From contig OY730476.1 in the NCBI GenBank assembly GCA_963422735.1, forward strand, positions 3,808,001-3,872,000: a stretch of DNA of 64,000 nucleotides, given 5' to 3'. Shown piece after piece: positions 9,881-19,869 of the stretch. Source of the DNA: Candidatus Latescibacterota bacterium. GTDB lineage: Bacteria > Latescibacterota > UBA2968 > UBA8231. Position 1 is the first letter of the stretch. Each line of letters opens with the position of its first letter. The position numbers were made by a program, and so were the translations under genes. A model generated the notes under the pieces. The model saw only the letters and a list, made by a program, of their open reading frames with translations, was not told the DNA's origin and did no database searches.

Positions 9881-10729
9881 GAAATTGTCTGCAGAAGGGT
9901 ACGCGGTGAGGGTACTCGACAACTTGAGCACGGGGCGGCGCGAAAACTTGGCCAAAATCCTAGGCGAGATAGAGTTTGTCGAGGGCGATATCCGCGACGC
10001 AGCCTTGCTCGCCGAAGTGGTGCAGTAGGTCGATTGCATCCTACACCACGCAGCCATCGGCTCGGTACCAGCTTCGGTTGATCAGCCCCTCGTCGAGCAG
10101 GAAGTCAACGCCGTGGGGGCACTGCGGCTTTTGGAAGCGGCGCGGCAGGCCGGGGTCCGCCGCGTGGTTTTCCCTCTTCGGCCGCAGTGTATGGCAATAA
10201 CCCGCAAATGCCCAAGCGCGAGGACATGCCGCTCGAACCCGAGTCGAAAGTCATGGGCGAGCACTACGCCCGCGTGTACAGCCGGCTCTACGGTTTGGAG
10301 GTGGTTGGCTTGCGCGACTTCAATGTCTTTGGCCCTCGGCAGGTGCCGTCTTCTCCGTACTCGGGCGTCATCTCGATTTTTGTCGCTCGGATGCAGGCGG
10401 GCGAGTCACCGATCTTTTTTGGCGACGGCCACCAATCGCGCGATTACGTCATGAGGGCCTGTACTTTTCCGGGAATCGCCGGGCGGATATACAATATTAG
10501 CTGCGGCCGCAGCGCGTCGCTACTGGAACTGATCGCCGCGTTCAACCAAATTTTAGGGACCGAGTTAGCGCCGGTATTTACCCCGCTGCGGGCTGGCGAT
10601 ATCCGCTTCTCGTCAGCCGATATATCGCGCGCTCAAGCCGAGTTGGGCTACGAGCCGAGGATTGGGTTTGTCGAGGGGTTGGGACGGACGATTGCGGCGT
10701 TGGAGTCTTCCCGCGCTGCGAGGCAATAA
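9881..10729 (+). pseudogene. NAD-dependent nucleotide-sugar epimerase/dehydratase remnant
   Basis: VRVLDNLSTG, in-frame TAG at 10026-10028, then RRVVF and FNVFGPRQ...YSGVI in different frames. The GxxGxxG start and the YxxxK motif are missing. Confidence 0.85.
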
Positions 10730-10743
10730 AAGGGATCGCTATT

Positions 10744-11919
10744 GTGGCAACCATAGTCGATGGCAAAAAGCGCATCCCCTTTATGCGCGGGATGCTGGTA
10801 CACTACCTAATTGAGCGCGGCTTCAGCTACGAAGACGCCCGCGCTGTGGCCAATGCGGTGCGCACGTCTTTGGGAAAAGTAGAGTTCGTGCGCAAAAAGG
10901 ACATGGTGCAACTCGTACATAGTGCCATTCGCAAGGGATTCGGCACGTACGAGGCCGGCGACCTAATTTTCTGGGAGCGCCAGCCCACCACCATCGTCGT
11001 CGAGCGCAAGAGCGGGTCGCGGCCTTTCTCCAAAGAGCTGCTGTCGGATTCCATTCAGGCGTCTGGGCTGCCCCCAGACCAGAGTTACGAGATCGTGCAG
11101 GCGATTGAAGCTCGCTTGATAGACCAGCGCCGCCAGCACATCGCGCACTGGGAGCTGGAAGATCTGGCGGCCGAGCTGATCGAAAAGTCCTTTGACAAGT
11201 CCTTTGCCGACCGCTACCGCTTGTGGCGAGCTTGGGGCGATGTAGATAAACCCCTGATCATCCTCATCGGCGGTGCCAGCGGGGTCGGCAAGACCACGTT
11301 GGCGATTGCCTTGGCCAATTTGCTCGATATTCCTCGGGTGGTAGCTACCGACGATTTGCGCCAAGTCATGCGCCTGACGCTTGCGCAGGAGTTGATGCCG
11401 GCCCTGCACGCCTCCTCGTACGCCGCTTGGAAGGTCGTTCCTGCGGCTGGTCATCACGACGCGGTCGTCGCTGGATTTCGCGAGCAGGCGCGCAGCGTCT
11501 GTGTTGGGGTCAAGGCCATTATTAGCCGCTGCATCGAGGAAAACACCAGCGTCATCATCGACGGCGTACACCTAATCAGCGACATGCTGGACTTAGAGGG
11601 ATACGCTGGCGACGCCTTTATCACGCCCGTCTGTTTGGGGCTTTCTGGCCGCGATGCCTTTGAGAATCGCTTTGCCCAGCGCGCCAGCGAGGCCCCGTCG
11701 CGCTCGGCCCATCGCTATATGGAGCACTTGGAGGATATTCTCAAAATTCAGGACTATCTCATTGCAACGAGTGCTGCCCATGGCATTCCGGTGATTACCA
11801 CGACCTCGGTCGAGAGCCTGACGAGCGAGGTCGCCATGGTGGTGAGCGAGCAACTGAGGGAGCAGGAGGAAATCCGCAAGGCCCTGAGTGCCTCCTGCAA
11901 GAAGCGGGCGGCGAGTTGA
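10744..11919 (+). CDS. 2-phosphoglycerate kinase-like P-loop protein with ATP-cone domains
   Basis: Two PF(M/S)(R/K) ATP-cone-like segments, ILIGGASGVGKTT, TDDLRQVM, LHASSY, IIDGVHL, ILKIQDYL. Confidence 0.8.
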   Translation: MATIVDGKKRIPFMRGMLVHYLIERGFSYEDARAVANAVRTSLGKVEFVRKKDMVQLVHSAIRKGFGTYEAGDLIFWERQPTTIVVERKSGSRPFSKELLSDSIQASGLPPDQSYEIVQAIEARLIDQRRQHIAHWELEDLAAELIEKSFDKSFADRYRLWRAWGDVDKPLIILIGGASGVGKTTLAIALANLLDIPRVVATDDLRQVMRLTLAQELMPALHASSYAAWKVVPAAGHHDAVVAGFREQARSVCVGVKAIISRCIEENTSVIIDGVHLISDMLDLEGYAGDAFITPVCLGLSGRDAFENRFAQRASEAPSRSAHRYMEHLEDILKIQDYLIATSAAHGIPVITTTSVESLTSEVAMVVSEQLREQEEIRKALSASCKKRAAS

Positions 11920-12018
11920 AGCGGTGCGCCGCTTGTTGATTCGCCCAACGCTAGATTGTATTGTATATTCCAAAAATCACGGCTAACCGTGAAAACGCGC
12001 AACCAAGTTAGGATAAAG

Positions 12019-12474
12019 ATGCTGAGCAACAAAAAGAAGGGTGCTTCCACTGCCAGCAACGGACAATCGCTTAATACAATTATTGGTCGCGGTAGCTGCT
12101 TTGAAGGCAAGCTGACGGTGGATAACAGCGTCAGAATAGACGGTGTATTCAAGGGCGAACTGGCCTGCACTGGGGAGCTGACGATCAGCCAGTCGGGCGA
12201 GGCCGATGCTACTTTGCAGTGCAAAGACGCGTACATCGACGGCGTCGTGAGTGGCACTGTGCGCGCTGATAAGGTGCGGTTGGATACGCAATCGCGCTTT
12301 ACTGGCGATGTGTACACTGACTCGTTCACGGTCTCCGAGGGCGCGATCTTCCATGGTTCTTGTTCAATGGAAAACCACAAGAAAGAGAGCGAGTCGCCGG
12401 CAACGGATGCCTCAGGCGGAGAAGCTGCAAAGCCCTTCCCGTCCAAGCCTAGCCCCCAAGCCCAAAAGAAATAG
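12019..12474 (+). CDS. Bactofilin (polymer-forming cytoskeletal protein)
   Basis: TIIGRGSCFEGKL...VRIDG.FKG...G.V.G...EGAIFHGSC beta-solenoid pattern; ATG at 12019. Confidence 0.93.
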   Translation: MLSNKKKGASTASNGQSLNTIIGRGSCFEGKLTVDNSVRIDGVFKGELACTGELTISQSGEADATLQCKDAYIDGVVSGTVRADKVRLDTQSRFTGDVYTDSFTVSEGAIFHGSCSMENHKKESESPATDASGGEAAKPFPSKPSPQAQKK

Positions 12475-12520
12475 CGCTTTCCCACCTCGTTTTGCGTAAA
12501 AAATCCATCTGCACCGCACG

Positions 12521-14323
12521 TTGCCGATGGATTTTTTCTTATTGCCGATGAGTCAACGCGACCGTACCGTGCTCAAGCGCCGCCGTCACCGCCGCTCGGC
12601 TCCAATAGAGGAGGTCGCGATGCCTGCGAGTGCTGGGCAACGGCCTGCAAAGGGCGCGTCGCCTATAGGCGGCTGGCGGCGCTGGCGGCGCGGTGCCCTA
12701 GCCAGCTTGGGCGCGTCGCCGGTTTTCCGTGCGTACATCTTTCTCGGCAGCATTGCCGCTATTTTGGCCTTCCTGCTCTACAACGAGTCGATCACCTCCG
12801 AATTGCGCGAACACGAAAAGAGCCGGGTCGATCTCTATGCACATCTGATCTCGTTCGCGCCGCAGGCATCGGAAGGCCAGATCTCCACTCTCTTTACCGA
12901 GGTGATTACCAAGGTCGATTTCCCGCGCATCATCACCAATCACCGCGGCGAGATCGTCCAAGCCGAGGACATCGATGCTTCTAGCTTCTTGGAGAGCTGG
13001 GCTTTTTGGCGCAGCGAAGCGGCGGACGCGCACGCCGTATCGACCTCTCAGCTACACAGGCTGATCGAGGAAATGGACATCCAGAATCCGCCTATTTCCT
13101 TTTATTGGTCGCCAGAAACCCTGGGGCGGCTCTACTGCGAAGATGGCCGCGTCGTCATTGCGGATACCCAAGGGGCCATCGCGGCTTGGCAGGGGACTGG
13201 CCTACCAGCGAGCAGCGACACTTCGGCGGCTGCTCGCGCCGAGGTGCAACGAGCGTTGCAGGGGATGGAGGCCGGAAAATCGCTGCCCTTCAGCGTACCG
13301 GCCGCTAGCTTCAGCTATCTGCATTGGGACGGAACCAACGCGATCATCACAGACGCCGAGAGCCAATTTAGGGCTTGGGTGGGGTCTGGGCTGCCGCCGG
13401 CTAGCGACGACCCCACCCAAGCGGTTCAAGATCAGCTCCAGGCCTTTGTCGATAGCTTGACCAGCCAGTGCGCCCCCCTAGAGTTCAAAATCCCGGCCGA
13501 GCACTATATCCACTATGGCGACACGAGTTTGGTCGGCCGCATCTCCCTCGCCCCTTTCGTGCAGATCGGTGTGTTGTTCCTCTTTCTGCTCGTCGGCTAT
13601 ATCGGCTACCGCAACATTAAGCGCAGCCAACAGCGCTCACTCTGGGTGGGCATGGCCAAAGAGACGGCTCACCAACTCGGTACCCCGCTCTCCTCGCTGT
13701 CTGGGTGGCTAGAACTGCTGCGCGGCGAGGTTGCCACCGCCTCGAGGCCGGACCGGGACGAGCGCTGGGAGCGCGTCGATCAGATGATCGGGGAGATACA
13801 GCAGGACATGCGTCGCCTCGACCAAATTGCCTCGCGCTTCAGCCAGATCGGCTCGGTGCCCGAACTAAAGAAAAAGGATGTAGCCGCCCTGCTGGAGGAG
13901 ACGATTGAGTACTTCCGGCGTCGCGTCCCGCAGTTAGGGCGGCAGAAAATTGAACTGGAATGCCTAGGAGACCTGCCTCCGGTGCCGATCAACGCCGAAT
14001 TGATGAGTTGGGCCTTTGAAAATCTGTGCAAGAACGCCATCGACGCCATGGATGGCCAGACGGGCAGCTTGCACATCCGCATGGAGCTTTTGCCCGAAGG
14101 CCAGGCGGTGCAGGTCGCGTTTCAGGACGACGGGCGCGGCATTGAACCCGAGCACGTCAAGCGCATCTTCGAGCCGGGGTTCAGCACCAAAAAGCGCGGC
14201 TGGGGGCTGGGGTTGGTGTTTGTCAAGCGCATCGTCGAAGAATACCACAAGGGTAAGATCAGCTTGGCGCAGAGTGCCCCGGGCGAGGGCACGACCTTTG
14301 AGGTGGTTTTGCCCTTGGGTTAA
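12521..14323 (+). CDS. Membrane sensor histidine kinase
   Basis: Two TM segments, H-box KETAHQLGTPLSSL, N-box ENLCKNAIDA, DDGRG, FEPGFSTK and GWGLGL. The exact start is uncertain. Confidence 0.93.
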   Translation: MPMDFFLLPMSQRDRTVLKRRRHRRSAPIEEVAMPASAGQRPAKGASPIGGWRRWRRGALASLGASPVFRAYIFLGSIAAILAFLLYNESITSELREHEKSRVDLYAHLISFAPQASEGQISTLFTEVITKVDFPRIITNHRGEIVQAEDIDASSFLESWAFWRSEAADAHAVSTSQLHRLIEEMDIQNPPISFYWSPETLGRLYCEDGRVVIADTQGAIAAWQGTGLPASSDTSAAARAEVQRALQGMEAGKSLPFSVPAASFSYLHWDGTNAIITDAESQFRAWVGSGLPPASDDPTQAVQDQLQAFVDSLTSQCAPLEFKIPAEHYIHYGDTSLVGRISLAPFVQIGVLFLFLLVGYIGYRNIKRSQQRSLWVGMAKETAHQLGTPLSSLSGWLELLRGEVATASRPDRDERWERVDQMIGEIQQDMRRLDQIASRFSQIGSVPELKKKDVAALLEETIEYFRRRVPQLGRQKIELECLGDLPPVPINAELMSWAFENLCKNAIDAMDGQTGSLHIRMELLPEGQAVQVAFQDDGRGIEPEHVKRIFEPGFSTKKRGWGLGLVFVKRIVEEYHKGKISLAQSAPGEGTTFEVVLPLG

Positions 14324-14407
14324 GGAACGGGTGCGCGTTTAGAATCGTCTATTGTTTCAAGCCGCGCCCTGGCTGGCCGGGGCCACTGCGGACAAGGAGA
14401 AAACGCT

Positions 14408-14566
14408 ATGAGCGAACCGATTACGCAAGCCCAAGACCACGACCGGCTGGAAGGGATAGCCGAGCAGATAACCGAGCAAGTGCGCCAGACCAACGCCCTC
14501 CTCGACACGCTCACCCGCTGGTTGGTTGGGATGCCGTTAGCCAGCCTTCTGTGCTGGGTACGCTGA
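14408..14566 (+). CDS. Small (52 aa) coiled-coil protein with a C-terminal hydrophobic segment
   Basis: AAGGAG RBS at 14394; MSEPITQAQDHDRLEGIAEQITEQVRQTNALLDTLTRWLVGMPLASLLCWVR. Below the ORF-track cutoff. Confidence 0.5.
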   Translation: MSEPITQAQDHDRLEGIAEQITEQVRQTNALLDTLTRWLVGMPLASLLCWVR

Positions 14567-14701
14567 TCCTAACCCGCTCGCCCTGACCTCGAACCGCTAC
14601 GACAGGCCCTTGTGCTGGCCGCAGCACCAAACAAAAGAGACCACGCCATGACTATCACGCTCGATTTGCCGCAGCAAGCACTTTATAGATAAAGGCGACG
14701 C

Positions 14702-16267
14702 ATGGAAGGGGATAAGCGAAAGATACTCTGGGCCGACGACGAGATTGACCTATTGCGCGCTCACCGACGCTTTCTCGACGAAAAGGGCTACGCGGTGACG
14801 CCGGTGAGCAACGGCAAGGACGCCATCGCCCTGATTGCCCAAGCACCCTTTGACATCGTGCTGCTCGACGAGATGATGCCGGGGCTGGACGGGCTTTCGA
14901 CCTTGGAGCAGATCAAGATAGCCGATCCCAACGTGCCGGTAATTATGATCACTAAGAACGAAGAAGAACACCTGATGGACGAGGCCATTGGCCGCCGCAT
15001 CGACGACTACCTGACGAAGCCGGTCAACCCCAGCCAGATCTTCATGGCTTGCAAACAGCTCCTCGACGCGCGGCAGATTCGCCAAAGTCAGGCCGGGCAG
15101 CACTACGTCTTTCGGGCTGGCCAGATTCGCAAGCAGATTGCGGGCGCGACTTGGCAGACTTGGGTTGACGTACATCGGCAGCTCTGCGAGTGGGATATCG
15201 AAGTGGCGCGCTTGGGTGATGCGGGTCTCGGCCAGATGATTGGAGATCAGCGGCGCGAGTGCAACCGCGAGTTCGGGCGCTTTGTCGAGGAGCATTACAC
15301 GCGCTGGATAGCGGACGAAGGCGATTCGCCGCCGCTGTCGGTGGATGTGGTGCCCGAATTTGTGGTGCCCTATCTCGAACAGGGCCGGCAAGTATTCTTT
15401 ATCGTGGTCGATTGCCTGCGCTTAGATCACTGGATGGTGATGGAGCCTCAGTTGGCCGAGTACTTCAACATCAAGCGCTCCTACCACTACTCGATTTTGC
15501 CTACGGCCACGCCCTTTGCGCGCAACGCTATTTTCAGTGGGCTTTTCCCCAAAGAGATCGCCGACAAGTACCGCACCATGTGGCGTGAGGCCCAAGACAA
15601 CGAATACAGCCTCAACCGGCACGAGCACCAATTCATTGACGACCTAGTCCGCGACATGGGCGTCGCGCTCAAACCGGGTTCGCACTACGTCAAGGTGCTA
15701 GATACCAGCGAGGCCCGGAATTTGACCCGCAGGGTACCAGCACTGGGCAAGTGGCCGCTCGTGTCTGTGGTGTACAATTTTCTCGACATGCTGGTACACA
15801 GTCGAGCGCAGTCGGACCTGCTCAAGGAAATGGCACCTAATGAGGCGGCCTTTCGCGCCTTGGTGCAGACGTGGTTTGGCAATGCGTCGCTCTTTGAGAC
15901 CCTCAATGGCATTGCCCGCACCGACGCGGTGGTGGTGCTGACGACTGACCATGGCTCAATACGCGGTACGCGCGCTTCGGTGGTGTACGGGGACCGCAGC
16001 ACGTCTTCGAGCCTGCGCTACAAGTATGGCCAGAACCTCCGCTGCGAGGAAAAGGACGCGCTGCTGATCGCCGATCCGGAGGCCTACGGGCTGCCTTCGA
16101 CGGGCCTCGGTCATAGCTTCGTCATCGCCCGCGAGGACTTTTACTTCGTCTATCCGACCCAGTTCAACAAGTACCAGCGCCGCTACAAGGGCAGCTTCCA
16201 GCACGGCGGCATATCCCTGGAGGAAATGATTTTGCCGGTGGCGATTATGGAGCCTAAGAGTCCCTAA
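14702..16267 (+). CDS. porX: PorX-like response regulator (REC domain plus PglZ/alkaline-phosphatase-like domain)
   Basis: ILWADDEID, LDEMMPG, DYLTKPVNP; PglZ motifs VDCLR, SILPTAT, TTDHG, FQHGGISLEEM; followed by tsaE as in Bacteroidota. Confidence 0.9.
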   Translation: MEGDKRKILWADDEIDLLRAHRRFLDEKGYAVTPVSNGKDAIALIAQAPFDIVLLDEMMPGLDGLSTLEQIKIADPNVPVIMITKNEEEHLMDEAIGRRIDDYLTKPVNPSQIFMACKQLLDARQIRQSQAGQHYVFRAGQIRKQIAGATWQTWVDVHRQLCEWDIEVARLGDAGLGQMIGDQRRECNREFGRFVEEHYTRWIADEGDSPPLSVDVVPEFVVPYLEQGRQVFFIVVDCLRLDHWMVMEPQLAEYFNIKRSYHYSILPTATPFARNAIFSGLFPKEIADKYRTMWREAQDNEYSLNRHEHQFIDDLVRDMGVALKPGSHYVKVLDTSEARNLTRRVPALGKWPLVSVVYNFLDMLVHSRAQSDLLKEMAPNEAAFRALVQTWFGNASLFETLNGIARTDAVVVLTTDHGSIRGTRASVVYGDRSTSSSLRYKYGQNLRCEEKDALLIADPEAYGLPSTGLGHSFVIAREDFYFVYPTQFNKYQRRYKGSFQHGGISLEEMILPVAIMEPKSP

Positions 16268-16380
16268 CAAAAGGTGCGTTCTGCTTCCCTAAGTGCCCGC
16301 GGGGTCGGGTCGGGTGAGACGCCCGAGTTTCGATGGAAGCGTGCTTTCGGGTTTTGATTAGGGACTTTAAGTGAGGCAAG

Positions 16381-16860
16381 ATGAAAAAGGTTTTCACCAC
16401 GCATTCGGCGGCCCAGACCCACGCGCTGGGCACTGCGCTGGGCCGGCGCTTGGCACCGGGCGATGTGGTCGCCTTTCGCGGCGAGTTGGGCAGCGGCAAG
16501 ACCTGCATGATCCAAGGCGTGTGCGAGGCTCTGCAAGTGGCCGATTGCGTTACGAGCCCGACCTTTGTCTTGATCAACGAATACGCCGGGCAATGCCGGG
16601 GCCGCGATCTGCCCGTCTATCACTTTGATCTCTATAGGCTGGGGGGCGCTGACGAGCTTGAGGGATTAGGGGCAGAAGAGTACTTTTACGGCAGCGGCGT
16701 TTGCTTAGTCGAGTGGGCCGAGCGCGCCGACGGCTCGCTGCCCGATGGGTGCTGCCATGTGTGGCTAGAGCACGGCGAAGCTTCGGCCCGAGCTCAGCCG
16801 AGGGCTTGCGAGCGGCGAATTACTTTGCAAGGGGATGGGGTGGACGAAATAGAGTTCTGA
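16381..16860 (+). CDS. tsaE: tRNA threonylcarbamoyladenosine biosynthesis ATPase
   Basis: GELGSGKT, VTSPTF, YHFDLYRL, VEWAE. Confidence 0.96.
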   Translation: MKKVFTTHSAAQTHALGTALGRRLAPGDVVAFRGELGSGKTCMIQGVCEALQVADCVTSPTFVLINEYAGQCRGRDLPVYHFDLYRLGGADELEGLGAEEYFYGSGVCLVEWAERADGSLPDGCCHVWLEHGEASARAQPRACERRITLQGDGVDEIEF

Positions 16861-16884
16861 GAAATTGGCCAAAGGGAGGGGACT

Positions 16885-17613
16885 TTGCAGCGGCTGATAC
16901 TGTGTCTTTGCATTGCTGCTGGTCCGGCAGCGGCCGACCGGGCCGAGTTGATGGGCTTGATCGATAGCCCGACGGCCGGGTTGGTCAACAAAGGGCACTA
17001 TGCGGTGAATGTTCGCCTGTTTGCCGACGGGGGGGCTGTTGGCCGTTTGCACGTTGGCGTGCTCAAGCGTCTGAGCGTGGGTGTGTCTTTTGGCGGCGAG
17101 CAGCTCGTTGGTACGGGTGCGGTTACTTGGTACCCGCGAGTAGGATTGGCCGCCCGCTGCCGGATCCTCGAAGAGGGCTACACGTGGCCGGCGCTGGTCT
17201 TGGGATTCGATACCCAGGGCGTCGGGCCGTATAGAATCCAGCACTATCAGGTCAAATCCAAGGGAATCTTCCTAGTGCTGAGCAAGAATTACACTTCAAT
17301 GCTAGGGGAACTCGGCGTCCACGCGGGTGCCAATCTGTCGCGCGAGGACGCCGGCGACAGCGACTGGTCGGCGTGGTTGGGTATCGACAAGAGTTTGAGG
17401 TTTATGGCCCTATTCGTGGAGTACGACTTGGGCCGCAACAACGGCCTACAGAATCAGGGCGTGGAAGATGGCTATTTGAACATCGGGGGGGCTTGGGTCG
17501 TATCGCCGCAGTTAAGGGTCGCGTACTATCTCAAAAACGCGCTGGAGAGCGATCACTTCGGCTCCCAATCCATTCGAGAGTTATCGATCACTTACAGGAG
17601 GAAATTTCGATGA
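16885..17613 (+). CDS. Exported beta-strand protein, probably outer membrane (YjbH-like)
   Basis: Signal peptide, LIDSPTAG motif, amphipathic strands, aromatic residue near the C-terminus. Confidence 0.65.
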   Translation: MQRLILCLCIAAGPAAADRAELMGLIDSPTAGLVNKGHYAVNVRLFADGGAVGRLHVGVLKRLSVGVSFGGEQLVGTGAVTWYPRVGLAARCRILEEGYTWPALVLGFDTQGVGPYRIQHYQVKSKGIFLVLSKNYTSMLGELGVHAGANLSREDAGDSDWSAWLGIDKSLRFMALFVEYDLGRNNGLQNQGVEDGYLNIGGAWVVSPQLRVAYYLKNALESDHFGSQSIRELSITYRRKFR

Positions 17614-18974
17614 AGATACTGACTATTGCTTTGCTTTGTGTTTGGGTCGGTGGCGCGGTGGCCCAAGAGGAGCGGGCTATCGGCAATTTCGCTGGGGTCG
17701 GAGTGCGGGCGATGGGCATGGGCGGTGCTTTTGTGGGGGTGGCCGACGATTTTACGGCCATGTATTGGAACCCGGCGGGCTTGGCTCAAATGCAGCGGCG
17801 CGAGGTGCAGGTGTCCTTCCTGCGCAATAGCCGCGCCAACGATTCGATCTTCAACGGCACTGCGGGGAGAAGCGAGCTGACCAATACGCGCTTTGGCTCA
17901 CTGGGCTTTGTCTATCCCTATCCGGTCTATCGCGGCAGCTTGGTCTTGGCGGCTGGCTTCAACCGCATCAAGGATTTCGACTGGAATTTGAACCAAAAGG
18001 GCGAGGTGGAGGGCCTGAACGAAGGCCGACGTTACCAAGAAGTCAGTGACGAGTTCTTCCAGCACGAGGGCGAGTTGGGATTGTGGGGAGTGTCCGCCGC
18101 CGTTGACGTGTCGCCGGCCATTTCGCTGGGCGCGACGCTGGGCTTGGTCAGCGGCGAAGACCAAGCTACAAACGAATTTAGTAGTACTTTTACCTATCCA
18201 GAGAACAAATCTGTTGAACAGGAGGACAAAACTTGGCCCATTTTTGGCCAGAGTCGCGAAACCTTTGCAGACGAGTACGAGAGTACCCTGTACGCCATTA
18301 TCGGTGCCATGATACGGGCACCGCACGACAATCTGCGCTACCGGCTGGGCGTGACTTTCGCCACTGGATCCGCGCACAAAGTTCGCTACATCTTTCGCGG
18401 CCCCTCAGGGGAGACGGAATACAGCTTGGTCGAGTACGAAGACGGGACAGAGGAGAGAGTTAACGATGAGGACCTTCGCGACACTTATGAGCTTGCGCTA
18501 CCCTTTAAGTTCGGCGTAGGCGCATCGGCTGAGGCCCTACCGGGGCTGACGTTGGCCGGCAGCCTGCACTTTACAGAGTGGTCGCAGAGCCAGTACAAGA
18601 CAGAAGACGATAGCCAGTTTCGCACCAGTACCTCTTTTGAAACCCAGTACAGAGATGTGCTGCGCTATCACCTCGGCGTCGAGTACCGGGTGCCAGTAGT
18701 GTCGTTGGATCTACGGGCGGGGTACTACACAGACCCGATCCCCTTTATCGGTCCGCGCGACCTAAATTCAAGCGTCTCTGATCCGCCCATCCGCCTTGCT
18801 GAGGACCGGCGTTTTATTACGCTGGGTGCCGGATTAATGCTCGATGAAGCGGTTCAGGTAGATATGGCCTATGTGCGGGGGCGTTCACAGCAAGTGGAAG
18901 AATACTGGGGTAATGAGCTCAGCGAGGACCACGCGATCAATCGCCTAGTTGTTGGCGTGGGCTACAACTTCTAG
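17610..18974 (+). CDS. OmpP1/FadL (PorV-like) outer-membrane beta-barrel
   Basis: GVRAMGMGGAF..VADD.TA.YWNPAGL hatch motif and terminal GVGYNF. ATG at 17610 follows AGGAGG. Confidence 0.85.
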   Translation: MKILTIALLCVWVGGAVAQEERAIGNFAGVGVRAMGMGGAFVGVADDFTAMYWNPAGLAQMQRREVQVSFLRNSRANDSIFNGTAGRSELTNTRFGSLGFVYPYPVYRGSLVLAAGFNRIKDFDWNLNQKGEVEGLNEGRRYQEVSDEFFQHEGELGLWGVSAAVDVSPAISLGATLGLVSGEDQATNEFSSTFTYPENKSVEQEDKTWPIFGQSRETFADEYESTLYAIIGAMIRAPHDNLRYRLGVTFATGSAHKVRYIFRGPSGETEYSLVEYEDGTEERVNDEDLRDTYELALPFKFGVGASAEALPGLTLAGSLHFTEWSQSQYKTEDDSQFRTSTSFETQYRDVLRYHLGVEYRVPVVSLDLRAGYYTDPIPFIGPRDLNSSVSDPPIRLAEDRRFITLGAGLMLDEAVQVDMAYVRGRSQQVEEYWGNELSEDHAINRLVVGVGYNF

Positions 18975-19059
18975 AGTAATTTTTTGCTTCAGTTGCTGGT
19001 TTATGTATATTTCAGAGCAAGAGATGAGTTTAACGCTCCTTAAGGAGGTAATTAAGCCC

Positions 19060-19764
19060 ATGAAAACGAAGGCTTTGATTTTGTGCTCGGCCCTGCCGCT
19101 AACCGCGCTGATGGCCAGTGGCTGCTACACGGCGCTCAGCAGCCCGTACGAGGTCGCCGACCTGCACGACGAGGCTCCGGCCCGCGATGTCGAGGCTCCG
19201 ACGATTGGCCAGTTTGATGACCGCGACTACATGGACGATCTCTACCATTATCCGGGTGTGCGCGGCGGTTACAGCGGTTACGGCTACGGCGGTTACGGTC
19301 GCTATGGTGGCTATTACTATCCTACGGCTCGCTACGTACCCTACTATTATGGCTACTACGATAGCCACCCCTACTACTATGGAGGCTATGGTCCCTATAG
19401 TTATGGCTACGATCCGTACTATCGGAGTTCACGCGGTTACTACGTGTCGCCAGGTTATCAACTGGTCAGCACACGCCAGCTCGAGAATTTGCGTGCGGCG
19501 AGCCGGCTGAATAAGACTCCGATGACGGTCGATCCGGCAACGGCTGCCGAAGTACAGCGCCGCGAGGAAGAAGTGTGGCAGCGGCGGGTAGAGCCTCGGG
19601 TGCGCAACTCTCCGCCGCCACCACGCGCGACTTCCTCGGTCAGTCCTTCGTCTGGTACGCCTTCGCCGACACCTAAAGCATCGAAGGCACCTTCTGCACC
19701 GGCCTCGAAGAAAACTTCGACTGAAAAAGTGGCTATGCCCAAAAAGCGAAAGCGAAGGCGCTGA
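19060..19764 (+). CDS. Tyr/Gly-rich low-complexity lipoprotein
   Basis: AAGGAGG RBS, lipobox MASGC, YG-rich middle, Pro/Ser/Lys-rich tail. Confidence 0.8.
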   Translation: MKTKALILCSALPLTALMASGCYTALSSPYEVADLHDEAPARDVEAPTIGQFDDRDYMDDLYHYPGVRGGYSGYGYGGYGRYGGYYYPTARYVPYYYGYYDSHPYYYGGYGPYSYGYDPYYRSSRGYYVSPGYQLVSTRQLENLRAASRLNKTPMTVDPATAAEVQRREEEVWQRRVEPRVRNSPPPPRATSSVSPSSGTPSPTPKASKAPSAPASKKTSTEKVAMPKKRKRRR

Positions 19765-19783
19765 TTTTTCGTCAGAGACGCAG

Positions 19784-19820
19784 AAAAAGCGGCGGGCCTT
19801 TCGTGGCCTCCGCTTTTTTT
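19784..19820. terminator. Bidirectional intrinsic terminator
   Basis: AAAAAGCGGCGGGCC-TTTCGT-GGCCTCCGCTTTTTTT between convergent genes. Confidence 0.85.
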
Positions 19821-19869
19821 GTGCCTAAGCGGCGGGGCGATGCGGGAGAGGAAGCGGGGCGAAGGCCAT

